DNA of 52,713 bases, counting the filler, from Trypethelium eluteriae (Eukaryota): NCBI GenBank assembly GCA_051942245.1. It is 3 parts of 3 records of this genome, joined end to end, with 100 filler letters (N's around TTAATTAATTAA, not from the genome) between each part and the next. Parts side by side here need not be neighbours in the genome. Positions count along the whole stretch, not along the records: positions 1 to 17,534 come from JAVECL010000585.1; positions 17,635 to 35,124 come from JAVECL010000587.1; 1 more part is not named here. One strand, 5' to 3'. Shown here piece by piece: positions 14,024-23,589 of the stretch; position 1 is the first letter of the stretch; each line of letters opens with the position of its first letter. The position numbers were made by a program, and so were the translations under genes. A model generated the notes under the pieces. It was not told where the DNA came from and searched no databases. It was given only the letters and a program-made list of their open reading frames with translations.

Positions 14024-15375
14024 GATAGGTAGTATTGGAGGAAGTCATGGCATGGGTTTGGCAAACTTGTGGAGGGAAAGTACCTACCTAGAGCTAAGAA
14101 AATAGACTGTTTCACGTGTGTCCTACCGTAATCTTGCCGTGTGCCTTGTATGTAACTCAGCCTAACCCAAGGTCAGGGCACAATCTTGAGAATCCAGGCC
14201 AATCAACGTTGGCAATAGTAGATTGCAATTCTGCAATAGCGATGTATACTTTGTAGATGCAGTACAGGCGCGGGTCGGCCCATGCGGTGAGCATAGAGAT
14301 CCGGATGAGCGTCTGCGTGGGTTGATTGGATGGTATGCGCAGTGACTACGCAAGGGATTTGATGGGATCAAGAAAGGGCGGCGGATGGGGTTTCTTATCC
14401 TCACGACCATCTTTCTCATCCCTTCTCTGCAATCGAAATTCGTCACACCAGGCCGACGGCCGATGGCTCCTACGAAGGTGCAATCTCCGACGGGTGACGG
14501 GAGATGATGGGCCTTGGGTATGAGGCTGATGAGGACTGGCCGGAACTGGTTGGTCGGCCAGGGGATCCGCAGGTGTGCGCTGTCAAACCCTCCCTCTCAG
14601 GCAATATGGCTTGCGAATCCTGCACCTTTCAGTCCTCGACATCATTACCAGGCAGGCGAATGCGCGCTTGACAGGCGCAGATTCCGCGCGACACCAATTG
14701 GTCTACTAAACGCACCACTTTTCTGGTCGAGCTGCGCTTCCTCGCGGCTGCAACGCTTGTCTTCACCACACCCCAAACCCAACGTTAGCATGATACGAGA
14801 AGGTCAATTGCTTGTCCGAAGCTTGCTCACACTCGATCGGCGACCGCGAAAACACTTACAATTGTTTGAGGATAGTTTCGAAATCACGAGGCTGAAGCGA
14901 CGGAATTTTGTGTGTCATCGGTACTCGACGAGGTGACGGGCCTACGCGGAGAAACACTCGGTTGGAAACACTCGAAGTTGCAAAACCTGTTTTTGCAGGA
15001 AAGTTAAGAGATGCGCACTATTTGTCTACACGAGTCGAGTCTTGCTTAGAGGGTAGGTCGATATTAATGTTGACATCCCTGGCGCGTTCCCAGCCACCAC
15101 GCATTTCGCGGCTTCACGACGATTCGTCCAGCCTCTCGAATTTTTCCCAACCACCTCGCCAATCTACTTTCCTTCCCTTGGCTACCCTCCTTTCCCTAGC
15201 ACTGCCCATGGTTCACTCCTACTCTGTGGTACTAACTCTGTCATTACTTCCTAGGCCTGCATTCCATTGCGCATATTTGGCTACGTAGTTTAGCTTAACC
15301 CATCACGAACACCACCACCCTCGAGGCTCCAACACGCTCTGAGCGGTCTCGTACCGCCAGCGCGCCCCATTTCAA

Positions 15376-17420
15376 TTGTGGGCGAAGGCGCTCCCCTACC
15401 TAAACCCCAAAAGTTCAAAAGAATTTCTCACAGTGTCGCACAACCTGCCGCGCCCTTCTGGTTACGATCCCCACGACTCTGACGTAGCGTTTACATCCTC
15501 GCGTTTGCAGCTACAGCCGCAGGTTCAGGCTTTTTTACGACCCCAAGCTCCCTCACGTCCGTCGAGTTCTTCGGGTAGTGGATCAATTCATACACTTAGA
15601 CGAACACCTAGATTCGAGGAGCAGCGCCAACGACGACAGCGATCCGCCTCTTTAGACTCAGCCTCGCGGCAACAACAGCAACAACGAGATCGTGACCAAC
15701 TCGCCGGAGAGCAAGCAGCTCCTAGTGATCAATCACGACCTAGTCGTCCAAGATCGAACTCCGCATACGAATCTCGAGAACCACATCCTGCCCTTCGTAT
15801 ATCCAGGCGAACCGCTTCTGCAGTTCTCTACGCATTAGAAGAAGCTCTTCGACAACCAAAGCCATTCACACCAGATTGGATCGAGGAGAACGCGCAGATG
15901 TCGGATTTGGTCGGGGGTGGAAATGGACGTGCAGGGAACGGGGGTTCGCGGGCGGCTTCGGGGCCTACGCCGGTGGAGCGGCCACCAGAGCTACGCACCC
16001 CACGCGACATTATGAATAGGCGACAACAACGCGATGCCGAACGGCGAAGAGCTGAGCTCGATGCGGCAGCACGAGCTGATGAGCAGCGACGTGCGCAAGA
16101 GGTAGAAGCTCGGAGGATAAGTGCTGAACGGAGGGCAGTGGCTAATGAGCAAGCAACACGAATTTCAGGCGGAGCCCGCAGAACGAGTGCCGCTGGCGAG
16201 GGCCGAGGACCTGTAGAGGCACCAGGGTCAACCGCTGGAGCTGGACATTCTCAACAGGGTTCGGCAAGAGAGGGTGAACGGCGAACGGCGAACGGCGGCA
16301 GTCAAGTTGCGCAATCGGCAGGTGGGCAACAACGGTCAGCACCTGCCCAGCAACCAGCTCAAAGCGCAACCTTCCCAGGGTCGCGACCACGTGGCACATC
16401 AGTCTCCCAAGATCAACCTCGCCCCGCCGCCCCGTCTACGCGATCAGGCACGCAGCGCGCAACCCAAGGCCCCTCGCAAATGAGGCCGACCCCGGCTACA
16501 GGCGATCAACCTTCCGCCTCTCAACCACCGGCCCAAGCGACCAGTGGCGCGGAGGGCGGGCAATTACAAACTCGGTCAACCACCAATAGCTTTCCACATG
16601 CCTTTCAGCGATGGGAGGACCTGTCGTCTCACTGGGAAGGCCTCACGAGTTACTGGATTCGCCGACTGGACACGAATACAGAGGAGCTTCGTCGCGAGCC
16701 TCTCGCCCAACAAATGTCTCGACAAATCACAGATCTTAGTGCTGCTGGTGCTAACCTTTTCCATGCTGTGGTTGAATTACAACGCCTAAGGGCCTCCTCC
16801 GAACGAAAATTTCAAAGATGGTTCTTCGAGACGCGTGCTGAACAAGAGAAGTTGAACGAGGAGAAAGCGCAGCTCGAACGCCAACTGCGAGAAGAGCGGA
16901 AGATCAGGGAGGAGGGCGGTGGAATGATGGAAGAGGCCAGAAAAGAAAGACGGACGGCTGAACGTATGGTGGCCGAAATGAGAAGAGAATTGCAAATCAG
17001 CAAAGAAGAGGCGCGGCGAGCCTGGGAAGAGTTGGGTCGCAGAGAACAAGAAGAAAGGGAACGGACACTCAGTCTTCGAGAAGGGCAGCCAACGCTGGTA
17101 GGTGGAGTCCAAGTCGTCCCAATGGCCGCAGGTATGGCATCACGTCAAGGGAGCATGCGAGAGCGCCCTGGTACGAGTGGTGGCTACCAATCTGAACTTG
17201 CTGGACCGTCAGTAAGCGGCAGTCAAGCAGGTGGAGATCAAGGCCAATACATCTACGAAGGCAGCCAGTCGCCGACAGATACTGACCCATTTACGGAAAG
17301 TGGCCAGCAACAGTCATCACAGCCATATTCTCAAAGCTATCACTACCCACAGGTCCCCACAAGCTCAGCTTCTGCTGCTCAAACCGCAGTCCCCACCACC
17401 TCAGGCCCCTCTCAACCCGG
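15376..17420 (+). CDS. Conserved fungal hypothetical protein, disordered with coiled coil; start uncertain, 3' end truncated at contig end
   Basis: Open frame of ~680 codons; helical core FQRWEDLSSHWEGLTSYWIRRL...FHAVVELQRLRASSERKFQRWF followed by an E/R-rich coiled coil; first in-frame ATG only at 15898. Confidence 0.8.
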
Positions 17421-17534
17421 CGCCGAAGCCCTCCGCCAGCAGCAGCCCGGCGACCGCGACGGCGCCGACGAGGGAGACCGGGAGCAGCGCGTTGCCCCCT
17501 TGCCGCCCGAAGTAGGTGCCGAGGTAGCGGAGGT

Positions 17535-17634
17535 NNNNNNNNNNNNNNNNNNNNNNNNNNNNNNNNNNNNNNNNNNNNTTAATTAATTAANNNNNNNNNN
17601 NNNNNNNNNNNNNNNNNNNNNNNNNNNNNNNNNN
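17535..17634. other. Artificial contig linker (44 N + TTAATTAATTAA + 44 N)
   Basis: Exactly 100 bp; the 12-mer gives stops in all six frames; identical to the linker at 35125. Confidence 0.98.
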
Positions 17635-18224
17635 GACTTAGAGAGGAGCTTGTAGATATAGGGGAGGTGCATTTCGAGACTGTGCTCGTCCTCGTCGACG
17701 CTGAGCGACATCTTGTCGAATTTGCCGGTTTGGTGGAGCGCGGAGATGGTATCTTTGTCGAGGCGGAGGTTGCCAAGGGAGGTTTCGTATTCCTCGCATT
17801 GGGAGAGGGCGCAGCGGGTGAGGTAGAAGTGGTGTGAGGGTCCAAGCAGGAACACCCGCTTTCTAGTTTGTATTAGAGAAATGGATGCTTGAGGTTGGAA
17901 GCATTGTGAGAACGCACGCCTTTGAAAGGTCTAATGCCTTGTATGCCCATGCTGCTGCAGGCCCTGAATAGGAGTATCCAGCATGACTAGAGCAGCACCG
18001 TGAGCAACTCCATTTCGCGATCAGCGCTCAAGCGAGGCTCACGGTGCAATGATAGCTCTACATCCCGGCGACGGTAGCTCTACAGCATTACTGCTGGAGG
18101 ATTGAGGTCCGATAGGCTTTGTGCTGGAGGGTACTTGAGCAAGCCATCCGTCTAGCTGAGTGGAAAGCTGCTGTTTGCTGGAAGTATACCAGGACCCAGC
18201 ATGGCTAGCTTCCCGGATGGACAT
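17635..18224 (-). CDS. MHO1: MEMO1 family protein, 5' part (3 exons), truncated by contig end
   Basis: [52 protein letters not shown] are MEMO signature motifs. Confidence 0.92.
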
Positions 18225-20796
18225 TGGAATGATAAGATCCAGTAAAAAGTACGGCAAGATTCAAGATGGCGAATTATATCAAGCACGGATTACTGTGGAT
18301 GGCAGCCGTTGGTGACGTCGGAGCTAGAGTCCGGGTCCGGATTGCGGTGCGGGATGACGGGAGGTGTGCCCCACGCTTCGCTCAATAGTCTAGAAGCTTA
18401 ACCGATTCTACCAGAGAAGCAAAGAAAGCATCTCGATGATCTATCTTGTACAATTCATAGATCCCGGGGGAAGACCAACCCATCTCCCAGATTGACAAAT
18501 ACCTCTTCAATCCTTTTTCAACCATTGGGAAGTCTACCCCGATTTGAATACACAAACTGGTTCAGATGATGGAGGGCTGGGACACATCGCCCTTCTCTCA
18601 TGTGACTCGAGAGGAGTGATACTGCTATTCAGAATGTGAGGGAAGGGCAGTCTGGACTAGATTCTTGTTCCAGGTTATTGAGCTCGTAGCGTATGTTCGA
18701 TCTACTCCACCTCGCTTAACCACCCCGGTACCCCAGGATCCACCCATTGAGGAGTAATTAAGCTGTTTTGGATAGATTGGGATGCTCGAGAATATCCAAA
18801 TTAAGCAGACATGTGCCTCATTTGTATGGACGCTTACTAAGTCGGAAGCAGTAGCATGCGAGCATCAGCGGGGAATCCATTAGCACCTTATGCCTCATTC
18901 AGCCAGCATCTTCGCCTTCGTACAATTAATTCGGAAGTCAGTGTCTTTGAGACTCAATCAGCTTCAGATTACAGTTGATAATACATGTTTCTTCGCAAGC
19001 CTTGACCAGAGGCCGTTCTAGATCATACAGCGCTCCCAGAGGGGTTCAGGTCGGAATTCAGCGAAGGCTCAGCAAAGGCGCAGCTAAGTTTCGTTGTCCT
19101 GAAGAAACGGGGTTTTGAGAGCATTTTCTCGATAGAATGAACTGCAACGACGCTTTAAGAAATGATTGGTCCCGTTCTTCTTGCACAGATCTTCTCTGAG
19201 GTCTCCAAATGATATCCTGCGTGGACCACCGGATACACCTTGTCAATATCGAAGTTTAGCATGGGTTCGGCTCCTGAATGGAGTATGATGCCCTTGTCCA
19301 GGAAGTTTTAAGGTGTTCGGTAAAGTATGAAAGGGTGACGCCGTGCGGAGAAAACCGTTGGTTTCATGATAACGCCACACGAATTGGGAAGAGACGAAAC
19401 AGAAAACGATAAATTTGCTTGGAAAGATCTGCCAGCTCACTATCGAGTACTTTTGTACTATCTCTGTATTTGGATGGGAAACTCCGTGAGTCTGCAAGTG
19501 GAGTGAAATTAAAGTGGGACAATTCTCCTGAAACACCTTGTTGCCGAAATGTCATTGGCACGTCTTTCCGAAAAGCAGGCTTCCTGTCAGGGATGTGGCC
19601 GTCTATCGGAGATTGATGAGACTGGCCCTGAAAACTACGTACTCACAGATAAATGTTTTGTCCATGAAACGATGCTGATATCGTAGACAATGGTCAAGTG
19701 TTTAGGGTTGTTTGAAAACGGATCTGTCGGACGGAGGACAAGACGACGGATTGATGTGTTCGAGTCACTCGGCCGCTAGACCTACCTTATAGGTCGAGTG
19801 GTGGACAAGATATGGAATTGAATGCACGAATGGAAACCAATTCTGATGTTGATCAGATTGAGTTAGTGTCCTCCCATCCGTTGGATGTCGTAATTAGCCG
19901 TCAGCAATAGGCGCCATCCGACATCGTTACCTGAACACCATCAATAATCATTGAGCCGTCTCTCATGCGGTATCTCGTTCAGCAGCGTTGTTGGCGTGGC
20001 ATGAGCACGTTGGTCTTTTGGTGATGCCCTTCCTCACGGTGTGAAGTTTCTACCCGTCGCCAGCGCTTGTGCACGTTCCTCTCAGGTCTCGCCAACGGCA
20101 GTTCATTGCAAGTCGCAGAGCTTGCTGCCTCGGTGACCGCACCAAGTCCTAGCGGCGATCGAACGGGTCCCCAGACGGTGTATGCACGTCTCAGTCGTTA
20201 GGGCAGTTCTCCGCAGTGAGGATGGCGCCAATAGGCCATGCCCTTATCGGTCTTAGCTACCCAGGTCTAAGAGGTGTAGGGCCTCGCGAACAGACCAGCA
20301 ACTTGTATCCGGATTCGGCTCAAAGACCAAAGCTCAAGTGCTCACCCATCTGCCGCGTCCAAAATCCTTTTCCACTGCGTCACCGGATGAATGGGAGCCC
20401 TTGATGGGCGCCCAGGGAATGATGCAGGGACGGCTCCTCCTTAGCTTGGGATTGGACAGAAATCGTTCGAGATCATGCTCGGAAAAGGGAGAGCATAAGC
20501 ATCCACATTGCTAAGACTACACTAATTGCTTCCCCATGGCGCTCGCCAATCACCAGCACGGTACAGCTCGCAGACTCGCATATGCGGACATGGTGGGCAC
20601 GCGGAGTATTATAGCTATATAGCTTGGGGTCGTCCCACCCTGCTGTGTCCGTCGCAGTCCTCCGCGCTTCTCCAGGTTCTTCGGGAACACAGACCCCTTG
20701 CCTTTCATTTTTAAGTCATACCAAAGCCTCTCTGACAAGGCGCGTCCTGCTTGTAGTTTCTCCTAGTTTTCTCCAAGTTTTCTACATTTCTGCGAA

Positions 20797-21856
20797 ATGG
20801 CTACTACGCAAGAGCACAACGATACTACCGGCGCCTTCAAGGAGAGCGATGGTACTCACACGCAGGATCACGCCAATGATGCCCGGCTGAGAAGACCATA
20901 TGACTATGGCGGAAATCCCTTGGCTCATCTCAACACCAACGACTCTGCCCGTTTACCAGCTTTCGGTGGTGAATTCCAACCCGGTCTATACAAGCCCATT
21001 GCGGATCGCAAGATTGCCAATCCAGCGCCTCTTGGTCTATCGGCTTTCGCCTTGACTACCTTCGTTCTATCTCTCATTAACATGGGTACGCGCGGAATCT
21101 CAGAACCCAACATTGTTGTTGCTGCTGCTTTTGGATACGGAGGTCTTGTCCAGCTCCTCGCAGGCATGTGGTAGGTGGACTTGTCGAACTTACATCAGTC
21201 ATGAATGCAGCTCACATCACTTGCAGGGAAATGGCTGTTGGTAACACTTTTGGTGCTACCGCCCTTTCTTCATACGGAGGATTCTGGATTGCTTTCGGCA
21301 TTATCTTTACTCCAGGCGGTTTCCAAATCCTCAGCCAATTAGAGGCGGCAGACGGCGGAAAAGAAACAATGTTCCTTGACTCTCTAGCGCTCTTCCTTTT
21401 CGTATGTCACGAAAATTCTAGCTGCGAGTATCCCATGCTGACAATGTCCACAGGGCTGGTTCATTTTTACCTTCATTCTTCTGATCTGCACGCTACGATC
21501 TACCGTCGCCTTCTTCCTTCTCTTCTTTACCTTGGACATGGCCTTCCTGATGCTGGGTATTGGCTACGCCGATCGTGTGGATGGTGCCCCACGAGAGGGA
21601 TGTATCAAGGCTGGTGGTGTTTTCGGTATCCTGGCGGCATTCTTGGCGTGGTACAACGCCTTGGCTGGTATTGCAGATACGGGTAACAGGTATGCGGCCC
21701 GCTCTTGCATGCGCTTCATCCCATGTGGAACATGAGCACTGACACCTCTGCAGCTTTTTCTTGATTCCCGTCGCTCACTTTCCCTGGTCTGAGAAGGGTC
21801 GCGAGAGGCGCGGAAAGGTTGACAACAGCGCTGCACGCGCTGCGGAGGCAGTTTAA
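20797..21856 (+). CDS. acpA: GPR1/FUN34/YaaH (Ato) family acetate transporter, 4 exons
   Basis: AFGGEFQPG and family signature NPAPLGLSAFALTTF; YGGLVQLLAGMW|EMAVGNTFG; SYGGFW; stop TAA 21854-21856. Confidence 0.93.
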
Positions 21857-22806
21857 GAAAAAGGGTGGTACTACTTCTAGAGTTTGCTTGGCGTTGGTTG
21901 CGAAGCTCTGTGCGACGCGACGTGTTTGTTTTTGGCACCGTTCTCATTCCATGTCGCCAATGGGCATTCCATTACTCCAATTACTCTTCTACTAACAATT
22001 GAAGGAAGATTCATTTCATACCCTTGACAAGCTTCTCGGAGCTTTCCTACAATTGTCCGTTCACTTCCAATACTGATGTTTAATTTCCTGCCGAGATGGA
22101 TGTATTGTCAGCAGAATCCGTGCGTTCACCGCTCTTGGTGGCGTGCAGCGGCACCATGCATTCATTCCGGCTAAATTCAGATCTTTAACGGAGATCCACT
22201 CCTTCGTGCTCGAGCCTTTCTACGCCCAAACATTTTCATCTATTGCGTGGCACAGCACCCGGTAATCGACTTGGCTTTGCGATCACGCGCGCAGGTTATC
22301 TTGGAAGCTGTCGCTTAGATATGTGCACCGTAATAGCGCACTTGTCTCCAGTAGTTACCAGTTCGCAACCCCAGAAAACCGAGTCCTCAGATCGTTAAGT
22401 TACAAACCTGCAACCTCCCATGAATTTGGAAATCAACCGACCATGCGTTAAGCATATTCGATTGAGTAGGTAACACAAGCTCCGTCTCAACTCCTGTAGA
22501 TACCCTTGCGTTTCGGGTTGAGCAGAATCTGTCGCCCTACTTCCCGATGTTTTGAATTCGATTTGACCATGGATGTTCCCTATTCCACATGAATCCGACA
22601 GCGTCCCTCTTTCAAGTTCCCTGCTCCACGTGCCGTCCTTTGTACACCGTACGGCGGCAACAGCGGTACGAGACTTAGCCAGCTGGAGCCCCGCGTCAGA
22701 ATCTTACCGCTGTCTGTCGCTGGGTTAGAGCCGGCGCCGTGCGAACGAACAATGGAATATCAAAAATGAAAACTCATCCACTTGCGCCGCAGCCACACGA
22801 CAGAGC

Positions 22807-22821
22807 AAAAAGAAAAGAAAA
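22807..22821 (-). terminator. RNA polymerase III terminator of the tRNA-Val gene
   Basis: TTTTCTTTTCTTTTT on the minus strand starting ~9 nt after the discriminator base. Confidence 0.75.
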
Positions 22822-22829
22822 GGTTCTTC

Positions 22830-22969
22830 TACCGGAGGCGCGGATCGAACGCGCGACAACCTCGGTAAAGGGTAGACAGTGTAAACGAGGTATCATAACC
22901 ACTGCAAATGGGTTAGGCTTGTATACCGTGATGGACGACTTGAGACGAAATTACCTAGATCACTCCGGC
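22830..22969 (-). tRNA. tRNA-Val(UAC) with two introns: canonical 14-nt anticodon-loop intron (22879-22866) and 53-nt spliceosomal-type D-loop intron (22954-22902)
   Basis: Spliced sequence GCCGGAG TG ATCT AG|TGGTTA TGAT A CCTCG TT TAC A|C CGAGG TTGTC GCGCG TTCGATC CGCGC CTCCGGT A = 73 nt; acceptor, anticodon and T stems fully paired, B box GTTCGATCC, anticodon TAC at 22883-22881, discriminator A. Confidence 0.9.
22902..22954 (-). other. Spliceosomal (U2-type)-like intron inside the tRNA D-loop, between nt 15 and 16
   Basis: GTAATTTCGTCTCAAGTCGTCCATCACGGTATACAAGCCTAACCCATTTGCAG: donor GTAATT, branch CCTAAC, acceptor GCAG, 53 nt. Confidence 0.8.
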
Positions 22970-22997
22970 AGCATAGAATATTACGCTGCAAGTCAAA

Positions 22998-23010
22998 TTT
23001 AAATATATAT
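22998..23010 (-). promoter_or_regulatory. TATA-like element upstream of the tRNA-Val gene
   Basis: ATATATATTTAAA at about -41 to -29 from tRNA nt 1, the expected TFIIIB/TBP position. Confidence 0.5.
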
Positions 23011-23450
23011 TGACATTATATTTGGTGCATATTTGACAAGTTTTGTTACCTGAAAGTTACTTGTATTCGATAGATCCAGTAAGAGGCTTTATCTAGATTA
23101 CCCGCTACTATCTCCATTATGTGGCTGGATCCTCTTCGCCCACATCTCTCTTGATCAACCCTATCGCTAAGACTGCGCGCCTGTCATCTTCATTGCTCCA
23201 CAAAGCATCTTGTGTGCGCAAAATCTCCGAGTCCCAATCATGAGTCATTTCGAAATGGTTGTTGTTTTCGACAGCCCTATCCATCCCCCGCGATCAAAGC
23301 TTCCCCTCCAATCATGGCGGAGCAGCTCCTTCGCTCATGACGGACAAGGCTGAAGCAGAAGCTTCGACTTCTGCCTACCACCTCCGACCGGAAACCAATA
23401 CACCTCTCTCATGAAGCCATCAACCACCACGCCTTCTCACTCCATCTAAC

Positions 23451-23547
23451 CCCGCCAACACCCGCCAACACCCGCCTGCTCCATCTCAATCCATCTCAAC
23501 CCACCCAACCTCTCACCTTCCATCCGATCCCATCCGATCCCATCCGA
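23451..23547 (+). repeat. Three short tandem repeats, each with a 10-bp period
   Basis: CCCGCCAACA x2.6 (23451-23476), CCATCTCAAY x2 (23481-23500), CATCCGATCC x2.7 (23521-23547). Confidence 0.75.
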
Positions 23548-23589
23548 ACCACGATCTCCACATCCCGAACCCCCTAACTCTAAGTAACC

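Noticed and set aside
14162..15288. Short ORFs between the AKR and the coiled-coil gene as extra cluster genes
   Set aside because: No recognisable domains or coding signature
17579..17590. TTAATTAATTAA palindrome as a biological site
   Set aside because: Centred in N runs and repeated exactly at 35169-35180; synthetic linker
22739..23002. 87-aa plus-strand ORF over the tRNA
   Set aside because: Non-ATG start, no protein features; it is the antisense read of the tRNA gene
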